Positions 26,675 through 39,555 of a DNA stretch of 64,000 nucleotides are shown here, piece after piece. Below the pieces are notes generated by a model that was given only the letters and a program-made list of their open reading frames with translations, was not told the DNA's origin and did no database searches. The translations under genes and the position numbers were made by a program. Origin of the DNA: the human T2T-CHM13v2.0 reference genome, Homo sapiens; NCBI RefSeq assembly GCF_009914755.1, contig NC_060942.1. One strand, 5' to 3'. Position 1 is the stretch's first letter; every line of letters starts with the position of its first letter.

Positions 26675-27010
26675 TTACAGTTATATAGGATAAATAATTC
26701 TGAGAGACCTAATGAACAACATAAGGACTATAGTCAAGCTATTTGCCAAGATATGTATAAGAAAGAAAGAAGAGAGAGAGGAAAGGAGGGAGAGAGGAAG
26801 GGAAGGGAGGAAGGAAAGAGAAAGAAAGAAAGAAAGGGAAAGGAAAGAAGGAAGGAAGGAAGGAAAGGAAAGGAAGGGAGGGATGGAGGAAAACTATATG
26901 AAGTGATGGGCATTTTAATTTACTTGACTGTAGCAATGACTTATGTATAGGCATATCCAAGCTTTATGTTACACACCTTAAATATACACAATAAAAATTA
27001 TTAAAAATAA
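26675..27010 (+). mobile_element. L1MA/MB 3' end with an internal (GGAA/GAAA)n tract
   Basis: taggataaataattctgagagacctaatgaacaacataaggactatag ... acaccttaaatatacacaataaaa; purine repeat at 26760-26890. Confidence 0.7.
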
Positions 27011-27759
27011 AACGATTATTAATACAGTTGTAAAACACCACCAAATACGTTAATTTAATTTGTACATGGCAGGTTTTTAAAAAATTTATCAGTGTGAGAG
27101 TTACGTCACATGTTTAATCGTGGCAACATTTCTTTACACTTCCAAATATGTCACCTTCCAGTTGTCATAGAAAAAGAATTAAAATTTTCTTTAGAGACGA
27201 AATGCTCAGTACATACCAATTGGTACAGTAAAAAAGTAAGAACATTATTTTCTTTTATATTCTTTTTTTTCCACTTACAATATGACTATGAGTAATAATA
27301 ATTTATCAACATTTTCAGATATATTTATCAGGGGGAAATTTATATGTTTTATTTATTTATGTCTTTTACCCTGTACATTTCATGCCTTATTATTTATTTC
27401 TTTGTAATTCTTGCAGGATTTTTCTATGAAAATAAGTAGTCCCATCTAGTAACCAATCATTAATTTACCAACCACTAATTTACTCATGAATTCATTCATT
27501 CAGCCACTATTTATTAAACATCTATTATTTTTAAGGTTTTTCTTCAGGCACTCCACGAGATACAAAAGTAAATGACACTTTTCCCCTTTGACATTACAGA
27601 AATCCTAGTTTTCATAAATTTTTCCCAAGGGGATAATTGCACAATTTTGAAAGGTTTAAATGAAGGACATGTGTTATAGTATCTTTATAGTAGATAACAA
27701 GGAGCAAAATAAAGAAAACTATTAATCAGGAGATATTGGTTAAAGAAATTCCATTTTTC

Positions 27760-28045
27760 TAAGTGAAGTAACTCAGGAATGGAAAACCAAACATTGTATG
27801 TTCTCACTCATAAGTGGGAGCTAAGCTATGAGGGCGCAGTGGCATAAGAATGATAGAATGGACTGTGGGGACTTGGGGGAAAGGGTGGGAGGGAGGTGAG
27901 AGATAAAAGACCACATATTGGGTACAGTGTACACTGCTTGGGTGATGTGTGCACCAAAATGTCAGAAATCACCACTAAAAATGCATCCATATAACCAAAT
28001 ACCACCTGCTCCCCAAAAACCTACTGAAATTAAAAAATTAAAACA
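27760..28045 (+). mobile_element. L1PB1-like 3' end
   Basis: aagtgaagtaactcaggaatggaaaaccaaacattgtatgttctcactcataagtgggagctaagctatgagg ... ccccaaaaacctactgaaatt. Confidence 0.9.
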
Positions 28046-28225
28046 AAGTAATTAAAAAGCAAAGACATGTAAAAACCCAGATTTTAATAATTATGTACAT
28101 ATTTTAATGTCTGTTATTAAAATATGTGATATCACAAGAACAGAAATTCCAAAGTATCTCTAGCTACTTAGTATTTAGTGAGTCATTAAAATGGACTATG
28201 TAAATCTCTATATTTTGTATTTTTA

Positions 28226-29269
28226 TTTTTATTTAACTCAAATTTATAATTTTAAAATTTATAATTGTAGATATTTATGGCCTACAATATGATGTTACAA
28301 TGCATGTATGCACACTACATCAAATGGGGGTAATTACCATATTCATCACTTTAGACATTTATCTTTTTTTGTGGTGGCAACATTCAAAATCTTCTCTTCT
28401 AGCTGTCTTGAAACATACAATACACTGTCATTTGCTATAGTCACCCTACTGTGTGATAAAACACAAAAATATATTTTTCCTAATTGTAACTCTGTACCCA
28501 TTGACCGGCCTCTCCTGGTCTCCCCTCCTCCCTACCATCCATCCCCAGCTTCTGGTAATCACTATTCTACTCTCTACTTCTATGAAATCTCTCCTATGAA
28601 ATCAGCTTTTTCAGGTTCCGTATATGAGTGAGATCATGCATTATTTGCTTTTCTGTGCCTGGCTTATTTTATTTAACGTAACATCCTCTAGGTTCATCCA
28701 TGCTGGATTTCATGATTTTCTATGGATAAACTGTATTCCATTGTGTATATGTGTATATATATTTGTGTGTGGGGGGGGGATATACACCAAATTGTATATG
28801 TATGTGTATATTTGTATGTATGTGTATATTTGTACATATGTATATATAACACATTTATTTTATTCATTCATCATTAGATGGATGTTTAGGTTGATCCTGT
28901 ATCTGGCCTTCCCCCCCCACAAAATCATCCAATTTTAAAATAAGCAAACACATGAATAAACATTTTTCAAAAGAAGACATACAAATGGCCAACAGATATA
29001 TGAAAAAATGCTCTACATCACTATCATCATGGAAATGCAAACCAAAACCACAATGAGATACCACCTCACTCTAGTTAGAATTACTGTAATTAAGAAAAAT
29101 AATAAATGCTGGGAAGGATGATGAGAAAAGAGAACTCTTACACACTGTTGATAGGAATATAAACTAGTACAGCCATTATGAATAACAATATGGAGGTTTC
29201 CCAAAAAATTAAAAATGAAATGACCATATAATACAGCAATCCTATTATTGATTATATATCCAAAGGGAA
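28226..29269 (-). mobile_element. L1MA insertion with 5' inversion (antisense 3' segment ~28226-28908, sense segment ~28920-29269)
   Basis: An antisense L1MA 3' UTR abuts a + strand ORF2 C-terminal segment (aagaagacatacaaatggccaacag ... tatatatccaaagggaa). Confidence 0.8.
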
Positions 29270-30329
29270 TTGTTATTTTTAAAGATATGTTTCAGGATTT
29301 ATTCATTTTTATTTTAGATACTTTTCCTCTTTAAAGAGTTTTAGGTCAATCTTCTTGTTATATAATAGACTAAATGTAAGCATTACAAGTTACGGGTTCC
29401 TACTCTGTAATATTTGCAAGAAAACAGCAGTGTTAAAATATATGAATTTTTATGTCACAGACAATTTTTATTGATGGTGTCATGTGTAGCCCCTTCAGTG
29501 TCCTCATAGGATGGAGGTTCCTGCGCCGGGAAGATCCCTTGCTGGCTGGGCTCACTGGGACTGACCTGGAGCTGTGGTGGAGAATGATGTTCTTAATGAT
29601 AATTTGAGAACAGGAAGGCAGGGGCTGTGGACGTAAAGCTGTGGGCTGAGGAAGATCAGAAAGAGGAGGAGTTGCTGTATTAGGAAGATTAGAGGCTCCC
29701 AGAGGTCCTGGAAGTATTCTTAGAGAGTCTATAAAGCAAACACACTCTTTTATCTTCCCTATGAAACACTCAGTAAAATATAGATTCCTCACTAATATTT
29801 TCTTTTCCTTCCCTTCTTTTTTTATCCTTCCTGGTGAAAACAGTACCTGATTATGGCAACTGCAATTATTTGAGTTCTGTGTGCCTTGTAAAAATTTCAC
29901 TTAGCCCACTTAAGAGACCAAAACACCCAACATATAAATGTTATAAGTGAAAAAATATGTGTGAAGCAGAATGTAGAGAAAATCACAGTGTGATACTCGC
30001 CTTTCTTCAAGGCCCTTAGTGAAATTCAATTATTTTCTTTTCTTCCTCCCCGTTCATTCCTCATACCAGCTTGACAGTGATTCTCCCTAAATGTAACCCT
30101 ATCTTAAGCAACCAGCATACTCCAACTGCCTCTTCACAGAAAGCTGGAACACCCTCTCTCTTTACTTCAAATTTATTTGAATCAAATATAATTGGCTCTT
30201 CCTGTTTATGCAGAAAAGTTACTTACTCCAGGAAAGTAAAATCCTTCCCCTGTATTTTTCTACCACTTTCTTTCACTTTCCTGGGGCAATGCACCATCAA
30301 TTACATCCTTCTCCATCTAATTTGAATGA

Positions 30330-30518
30330 TGCTCCTCCTCTCCCCCTCCTCCTCCTCTCCTCTTCCTCTTCCTCTTTTTCTCCTTCTCCCCTTCCTCTTC
30401 TCCTCCTCTCTTCCTCTTTCTTTTCTTCCTCTCCTCCTGTTTTCACCTCCTTTTCCTTCTTTTTCTTCTTTCTCTTCCTGTTTCTCCCTCCTCCTTTCCC
30501 TCTCCCCCTCCTGCTCTC
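30330..30518. repeat. CT-rich low-complexity tract
   Basis: (CCT)n/(CTT)n-like polypyrimidine run. Confidence 0.92.
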
Positions 30519-31261
30519 TGTCATTTTATTTGAAATAAACAAAAAAAGTCTTCCTTATTCTAATAAAATATAATTAAATGCAGTATTTCCCAACTATAGT
30601 TCTGTCGTTTATGGGGTAAAAAAGCTATGCAATAAGCTGGTATTAACTGCTGAAAGAAAAGAAATACATAATGGAGATTATAGAAATAGATACGCATTTC
30701 AACTTTTCCACCTATAAGACCAGGAATCTCAGGGAAAGGAACTTTTTCTCTCTGAACCCAGTGGAATCACCATTTCCTCCTGTGAAAACGTGCCAAACAC
30801 ATTTCCCATAAACTTGAATGAAGAGTCCCACAGTGTCTAGTCTAACAAAAGTACATTGTTGATGCTCAATGCATGCTGTTGACCTTTCCTTCTCCCATCC
30901 CTAACATCTGCCCCCGCTGGTTGTGGACCATTGTCTCCCTCCTCCCCTGGTTCCCACACTGATTGTGGAAAGGCTCTAACTTTGCTAGATCTTCATACTC
31001 CACTGTTTCCTTTTGTGTCTTTCTCTATCCTGTCCCCCAAATCCAAGCACCCTCAAGTTCATTGGCATGCTTCTCCATTCTTTGTTTTTATTTTCTTCTG
31101 GATAGTCTTATCTAGATGGCCTTTCCATGTGGCACCCTGAGCATTGCATGTTCCCAAGTATTTCCAGATGCTTCCATACAGATGTTAAACTCGTTGTGTA
31201 AATGTGATGTGCTACTTCAAGAGGACAGTGTTTTTCCTTTCTCTCCATTTTTCTTCTCATT

Positions 31262-31731
31262 CTTTAAAAAAATTTCTTTCTCTTTATTTCTCCTAAAAAA
31301 CAGGATACATGTGCAGAACAGGTTGATTTGTTACATAGGTATACATGTGTGCCATGGTGGTTTGCTGCACCTATAGACGTGTCCTCTACATTCCTTCCCC
31401 TAGCCCCCCATTCACCAATAAGCCCTGGTGTGTGTTATTCCCCTCTCTGTGTCCATGTGTTCTCATTGTTCAACTCTCATTTATGAGTGAGAACTTGCAG
31501 TGTTTGGTTTTCTGTTCCTGTGTTACTTTGCTGAGGATGATGGCTTCCAGCTTCATCCATGTCCCTGCAAAGAACATGATCTCATTCCTTTTTACGGCTG
31601 CATAGTATTCCATGGTGTATATGTACCACATTTTCTGTATTTAGTCTATCACTGATGGGCATTTGAGTTGGTAGGAATATAAATCATTCTACTATAAAGG
31701 CACATGCACATGAATGTTTATTACAGCACTA
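31262..31731 (-). mobile_element. L1PA8-like 3' end with a short inverted 5' segment (~31673-31733)
   Basis: ggatacatgtgcagaac...ggtggtttgctgcacc...gggcatttgagttggt, then sense-strand aggaatataaatcattctactataaaggcacatgc; candidate TSD ttttcttctcatt/ttttcttatcatt. Confidence 0.88.
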
Positions 31732-33574
31732 TTTTCTTATCATTTTATGGCCTCTACCCACTGATTCAGAGTTATTCATTAACTCAGAAGGAAAATCACA
31801 TAGCATAAAACAAAGAATTATGTTTCTGAGTGGACTTCTTTTTAAACTAAGAGAGAACGCAGCAGGTGGACCTGCGCTGAGAATGGGAGTCATTTAGGCA
31901 GGCCGCGTCTGCACGGGCGCTGACCTGGCTGCAGCACTAAACCTTTGATGAGAAATAAGACTGAGAGGATGGGCCTGACAAAGAACTGGTGGAATCCACG
32001 GCTTCCCAGCAGGGCATGAGGAATGTAGGTGGCAGGTCCTGTCCCCCCAGCCAGACAGGAGGGAGACTCTGAGAGAAGAGCAGCAGAACCAAAAATACCT
32101 GGGCTGAAAAAGGAGCGGGGATGGGAGTGGGGAGTCCTGCAGCTGGAGGCTTTGACAGGACCAGCAGATATCAGTGAACAATGAGAAGGACCAGAGGAAA
32201 GGAAGCTCATCTAACCATCTAACGAGGGCCACGTATGGAGAGGGTGACACGGTGGCTCTCCACGCCACTCGCTCAGGCACAGGGTGACACGGAGGTACCC
32301 CAGTCACCCCTGCCCCCAACACTCAGCTCACTACCTGGGGCAGTTAGGCAAGAAGGGAGACACAGGCGAATCCTGAATCATCCTATTATTTTTTTCTCTA
32401 GAAACTGACTTTTTCACAAGAAGTAATTTAGGATGGTTTAGCAAAATTAGATTTTCCACTTAACATACAGAAATTAAGATTCAAAAGCAAAGTAAATTTT
32501 CTTTATAAATAAATAAAGTTACATACTTGACAAATCTAAGTTTATGATTCACAAAATCCCTCTCTTATTATGCACACAGAAATGGGCTCCTTATCTAAGT
32601 CCCAAAGTCTGTGTCTCCTTTGGATTTTCCTCACTCCACTCATGGTCTTCCTGATCCCTCGGGTCTATAGAAGATATTCCACCATTGAGGTAAAAAAGAA
32701 GAAGTACAACAACCACCATTCCAAGTCCGATTCCTGGTGCACAGTGTTTTGAATTCTTACTGACAGCAGAGGAATTCTTGTGGAAAGGCCTGCTGTTCTT
32801 CATTTTGGAAGGCCAGGGCTGTGCAATGGAGGATGGTATAAAATTGAGCTGTCATTTTTCAGAGCAGCTCCAGGAACCACTTTGCACACACCATGAGGTC
32901 TGCTACCAGACACTGCAGGTATTTATCTACTTAAAGCGGGTTAGTGATACTCCCAAGCATATTAACAGGTTCTGCCCTGGTTAACCAAGACCGGTGCTGG
33001 TCATAATTTCTCAGGGGAAGTCCTGTTATACCACTCTACCTAGACAAAGGCCATAACTCTTTCAAATAATTACATGTTCTATCTTTTAGTTCTGAAATAC
33101 CCTCTTTTTCTTAATTATAAGCTGGTCATTAAAATGGCTAAAACCATCTCACTGCTGTACTGGAAAGCATTAGCACGATTTATTGGCTTTCTATCACCAT
33201 GTTAATATGTCTTAATCTTCCTGCTCTCTCTGTCTTTTAAAACTAGAATTATTATTTCAATATAAAAAGTTCTCACTTACGGAACCAGCAATGCTCAGCT
33301 CTTTTTCAGCCTCCTCTCATTTGATTTTGCAAAAGACTGGTTGTTACCAAAAGAAGAGATCAACAGTGAAAGTGGAGGTCCAGGCCTCAGCAGCCAGTGA
33401 CCAACATGCTTCCAAACTTCCTCCATTTCAGAGCTGTGGCTGGAAGAAGAGGATAGAGGATTTTCCACATCAATGCCTCTTTCTTTCTGCCATCACCTTC
33501 ACCATGGTTACAGAAGCATCCACATCCGAATTAGGATGGTGGAGAAGAATGGACAAAAAGAATAAGAAAGGTAA

Positions 33575-33928
33575 TGTATTAGTCCGTTTTCACGCTGCTG
33601 ATAAACACATACCAGAGACTGGGAAGAAAAGGAGGTTTAATTTGACTTACAGTTCCATATGGCTGGGGAGGTCTCACAATCATGGTGGAGGGTGAAAGGC
33701 ACTTTTTACATGGTGGCAGCAGAAGAGAATGAGGAAGAAGCAAAAGCAGAAACCCCTAATAAACCCATCAGATCTCGTGAGACTTAGTCACTGTTACGAG
33801 AATAGCACAGGAAAGACCAGCCCCCATGATTCAGTTACGGCCCACTGGGTCCCTACCACAACACGTGGGAATTCTGGAAGATACAATTTAAGTTAAGATT
33901 TGGGTGGGTGCACAGCCAAACCATATCA
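33575..33928 (-). mobile_element. THE1A-like (MaLR) solo LTR
   Basis: tgtattagtccgttttcacgctgctgataaa ... cacagccaaaccatatca; TSD ggtaa/ggaaa. Confidence 0.92.
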
Positions 33929-34640
33929 GGAAAGAAGGAGGACAGAGAGGAACGCGGGGAGCTAAGGTAAGCCGAGAAGGGGAATCTGATGGAGGCTTTG
34001 TGAGCTCAACCAATGAGGAGCAAATTCATTCCCCAAACACTAAGTGCGATTATTTGTCAACTCTGGGCTCAGTTATGAGGGTGGAGGTGGGAGTAAAGTA
34101 TGACCTTGCAACAGGGGAAATGGTAGGGACCAGGGAAAGGCAGTCAATGAAGACCTTTCCGTGGTAGACACAAGGTCAAGGTGCTGGGAGAGGATGAAGG
34201 AGGAGGAGAATCCATTCCACTTGCTGAGAAAGGGAATGTGTTTTTTGGACAGCATCGTGCCTGAATAGCACCCTGAAAAATACCAATAATAATCACCAAA
34301 AGCCTCGTCTAACCCATGATCATTAGTTTATTCAATATAATTTATGCAATTTCCATCACAACACTATGGGATAGATACTTTAAAAATTATGATCAGGATT
34401 TTTTCAGTAGATGAAAATGGAAGGGAGAAAGCCAAGTAGAGGGAAGGTAGGAAGCAGATTCACTGGCACAGAGCCCAGTGAGACCCCTCAGAGAGGGAGA
34501 ATGCCAGGCAGCAAGGTTGGGACCAGATTGTGACCCTGAAGCAACATGGGCTCAACCCTACCAGCTGGGCACACACCACAGAAGAGTATTGAAGAGAAGG
34601 GAATATAGGAAGCTCGGAACTCTCATTGAGAAAGATACTT

Positions 34641-34756
34641 GGCCAGGGAAGAGAATTGCTTGAGACCAGGTGTTCAAGACCAGCCTGGGCCACACAGTGA
34701 GACCCTGTGTCTACCAAGAAAAAAAAAAAAAGAAAGAAAGAAAACAAAAAGAAAGA
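34641..34756 (+). mobile_element. FLAM/Alu monomer fragment with A-rich tail
   Basis: attgcttgagaccaggtgttcaagaccagcctgggccacacagtgagaccctgtgtctac followed by poly-A. Confidence 0.85.
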
Positions 34757-35239
34757 ATATTCCTGGCCTCTCATGTGGAGGAACCTTCCCAGACTCTCTG
34801 TGTTCTCATATCTCTGGTTTGGGATAAAGGAAAAGCCCACTTTTTCCCATTCTGCACTTTTTGCCCTACGCAGCAAGCTTCCGAAGGGCCGGGTCTGTCC
34901 TTTTGGGAGGCTTCTATGGTGTGTGGTTTTTCAACACTGCCTGGGGCTGGTGCATTCATCTGTCTCTATCAAAGGGGAAGGCTTATTAGTCAGTGAAGTC
35001 AGCTGCAAATCCAAGGCCATATTTTCTGATCAGCTTTATTGGTAATAAAGCAGATATTGTGATACCAAAACATGTAATTTCTGCCTTTATCACTCAGGAG
35101 ATCATGACCCTAGAAAGCAAAGCAGGGTGTTATTTATTGGCCCCCAAAACCTAACTGTACACATGCATGGCAAGAAAGAGAGAGAGAGAGATGATTTTGA
35201 TATGCAGTATAAGCATACACTTCTTATTGACGATGAAAT

Positions 35240-35664
35240 GTATTAAAAGGCAAGCTAAACAAAACTGAGGCACAATAAAATTCTTAATAGTTTATTTGAG
35301 CAAATAATGATTCCAGAAGTAGGAGCTCTATGCCAAGAGTGGTTTGGAGCCCTCATGGAAGGAGCATGAGGGTCATTCTTTTATAGGATGAAGGAAGAAG
35401 CCACGCAAAGAAGATATGTGATTGGTTACAAAGTTGCCTTATTTGTTCTATTCCACCGGAAAGTCTCTAGTTACATAATTGTAAGTTTGTTGGCTCCTTT
35501 TGGTTGGTTGAGCCTATGTTCTGTTTTTCAAAATAGGCAATTACAAGAAATAGCTCATTTCACTTATGTTTGCAAATCAAGCAAAGGTGGTGTCACGAGG
35601 CCTAACAGGCTTTGTCTGCTTGGGGCTTCTGCAGGCCTGGTCCCCATTTTAATTTACGTTAACA
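35240..35664 (-). mobile_element. ERV1 MER4-group LTR (MER57-like)
   Basis: agtttatttgagcaaataatgattc..., gattggttacaaagttgccttatttg, terminal ttaaca; subfamily uncertain. Confidence 0.55.
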
Positions 35665-36271
35665 GATGGGAGACTCAAGTCTGTGCTTTTTCATTTAGCC
35701 TCACAAAATATGAGATTTATTTTTTTAACCTGTTGAGGGTGTGATTATAGTGTTCAAAAATACAATATGCTTTCTTGACAACCTGCCTCCCAAATATAGC
35801 ACAAATAATTTAGTTTGTGTTCAAGTTTAGTAATAGTGATCTGTTCAAATGATTTGGGAAAAAGATGTCCTGACTTGGACATAAAGACACGGCACCGTAT
35901 TGTTCTCTTGTGGCAATTTAAGGTATTCTGAAGGGCAATTTTAACACTATCCTTAATAATATGTTATTGAAAAAAATGTTGATCTAAATATGTAATGATC
36001 AATTCTCGCCAAGGGAAATCTTTGTTAAACATATAGGCAGTAACAACCTTTGACTTTATATTACTACCCTAAATAAAAACAGATAAAATCACTTTGGTCT
36101 CATATCTCAGACTTACCAAATCTTCCAATGGCTGAAAGAGTTTTATAAGAGTCATTTGGGAGAGGAAAGAAGTGATTCCTTCTTCAAATGCAGATGTACC
36201 TAGAGGGAATCAAATGTCCTCTTACATTTTCATCTAAGTTTTGGTTGAGAAAACTCCCAAAGAGTTTTTGA

Positions 36272-36388
36272 AAAAGAAAGGAATGAAGAAAAGAAAGAAA
36301 GACTGAAGAAAAAGAGAAGAGAAGCAGAGGAGAAGGGAAGAGGGAGGAAGGTAGAGAGGGAGGGAGGGAAAGAGAGGAAGAAGGAAAG
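36272..36388. repeat. GA-rich low-complexity tract
   Basis: aaagaaaggaatgaagaaaagaaagaaa...gagggagggagggaaagagagg. Confidence 0.85.
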
Positions 36389-36510
36389 GCATATTCAAAG
36401 CTGGGCCCCTGTACGTTTTTTAAACAGCTTTATTGAGGTGTAATTGACATAGAAAGAACTGTGCAAATTTAAAGTGTACAGTTTGATGAGTTTGAACATA
36501 TGCACACGCC

Positions 36511-37458
<948 letters not shown>

Positions 37459-37639
37459 CACCCATGAAGCCATCAGAACAATCAAGGCGATAAACATACC
37501 CATCACCTCCAAAACCTTCCTTGCATTCTTATAAAGCAAGTTTGCCAGGGGGAAGAGAGAGAAACCAGTGAGGGCTTTCAGAGCCCAAATACATATTAAA
37601 AAAACTGGGTAGGGCTTCCCAGCAAGAAACTCTAATATG

Positions 37640-38193
37640 AATCTAGAGGCAAATATTGCACTGGACCAAGGTAACCAGCTAAGGAAGGCTGTATTCCAGG
37701 CTACTGCAATGAGAGAAAAGTCAGGACTCAGCCCCCAGAAAGAAGAGCTGGAGTTGGAGAGAGTATCTGAGGCCATCTGTGTTTGCTAATTGGCCTTATG
37801 CAAAGGAAAAGTACATTTCCTCTTATCTTCTTGCAGGAGGTAGTTGTACAACTTACAGCAAGGAAGTTAGGCTTCTACCCTCTCCCAAAGACTGGGAGGT
37901 GGGGACGCTAGCTTCTCTGATTACATGTCAAAGGGGTGGCTCCCAGGTGCTTGAAAAGAGAGTTCTGGGTTACAAAACTGCCAAGGAGCATTTTAAAAGA
38001 TTTACATCTTAAACAGGTGATGATAATAACCAGTTTTCTAAAGCAAATGTTTTAAGGAACAGGAGTGAAAAGGCCTCTGTGGTTAGGGTAACTGCATTCC
38101 GTAAGGGCTGGTGAAGGGGAGTTCAGGCCTAGAAGCAGGAAGCCTATCTGAGGTTTGGTCAAACTAAGGGCAACATGGAGGCCACCTTGGTCC
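37640..38193 (-). mobile_element. MER67-like (ERV1) LTR
   Basis: Reverse complement begins gaccaaggtggcctccatgttgcccttagtttgaccaaacc and contains agatgtaaatcttttaaaatgctccttggcagttttgtaacccag. Confidence 0.7.
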
Positions 38194-38414
38194 TTGGAAA
38201 TAATTCAACAGAGATAAAATTACTCTGAAAGATGGAGAAAAAGAGGAGGGCTACCTGGGGATCCCTGGACTTGGTGACACTGAGGTGAATTCGGCAAGCT
38301 TCCCCTTTATCTCCCTTATATCTCAGACTGGGAACCAGGGTCTTGGACTTTGAAACTAACAACAGGCGCAGACCAAAAGAGAATAGGAAAAACAAACAAA
38401 CAAAAACAAACCTG

Positions 38415-38707
38415 GGCCAGGCACGGTGGCTCACGCCTATAATCCCAGCACTTTGGGAGGCCGAGATGGGTGGATCATTTGAGGTCAGGAGTTAGAGACC
38501 ATCCTGGCCAACATGGTGAAACCCTGTCTTTACTAAAAACACAAAAATTAGCAGAGCAGTAGTGGTGCACGCCTGTAATCCCAGCTACTCATGAGGCTGA
38601 GGCAGGAGAATCCTTGAATCCAGGAGGCAGAGGTTGTGGTGAGCTGAGATTGTGCCACTGCACTCCAGTCCGGGTGACAGAGTGAGACTCTGTCAAAAAA
38701 AAAAAAA
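38415..38707 (+). mobile_element. Alu (AluSx-like)
   Basis: ggccaggcacggtggctcacgcctataatcccagcactttgggagg ... gtgagactctgtc followed by poly-A. Confidence 0.95.
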
Positions 38708-39199
38708 TCTGGCTTCTCTCTGGACAAAGTGGCGGGAAAGGGACAGACCAGCAGAGGCCTGGCAGGGAGATCCATGCCTGGGCACACGTGGGGAAGAGCA
38801 GGCCTCCCCAGCCACAACAGCCTGAGCAGCTGCCCTCCCCAGCCTAGGTGGTGGTGACTCAATCTGCCAGCAGCATCAACTTCAGCAGAGCCTGGGCAGC
38901 TACCTACCCATCATCACCCGTCCTATTCTCAGTGGTGTGGGTGGCCCTTGGGCAGTGCCAGCTAGCCTGATATCCCTGGGACCTCCGCTCTGCAGCAGAA
39001 AATGGCCCAGGGCCAGCATTCCCCTGAACCTCCCCTTGAATCAGAAAGCAAATTAGGGTCAATATTTGTTTTACTCCTACCCAAAGGCACCTGCAGAAAT
39101 CAGAGACCCGGAGACATCAGAAGACTGAAAGCGTACCAGAATGTTATTGCAAGTACTCTGAAAACTGTTATTGGATATAAAGCTTATAAAAGTAAGACA

Positions 39200-39555
39200 A
39201 GACCTACAAGCTAAACCTTAAGAAAGTTCAGGAAAAAAAAAGTTTGGCAAAATAAGTCTAAGTTGTCTGCTAGAATATATTTAAATGGGATCAAAGTCTC
39301 CCAACATCCAAAATGTCTAGAATATGATGAAAAAGCAGATATCATACCACAAACCAGGAAAAGCACAACCTGAATAGTATAGACAATCCACTGTTGCCAA
39401 TGAGAAAATGAACACCAAAATGAATCAGATATTAGAATTATCTGACAAGAAATTTAGAGCAGCCATCATTCAAATGCTCCAATGAACAATTTGAATTATC
39501 TTGAAACAAATGAAGAAATGGAGAATCCCAGCAAATAAATTAAAGTTACTAAAGA
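39200..39555 (+). mobile_element. Old L1M ORF1-start fragment
   Basis: atgaatcagatattagaattatctgacaagaaatttagagcagccatcattcaaatgctc (MNQILELSDKKFRAAIIQML, ORF1p-like). Confidence 0.7.

Noticed and set aside
29433-29900. 155-aa minus-strand ORF in unique DNA
   Set aside because: Non-ATG start, no recognisable domain and no supporting exon structure.
31890-32322. Overlapping 106- and 142-aa minus-strand ORFs
   Set aside because: Expected from locally higher GC content; no family similarity recognised.
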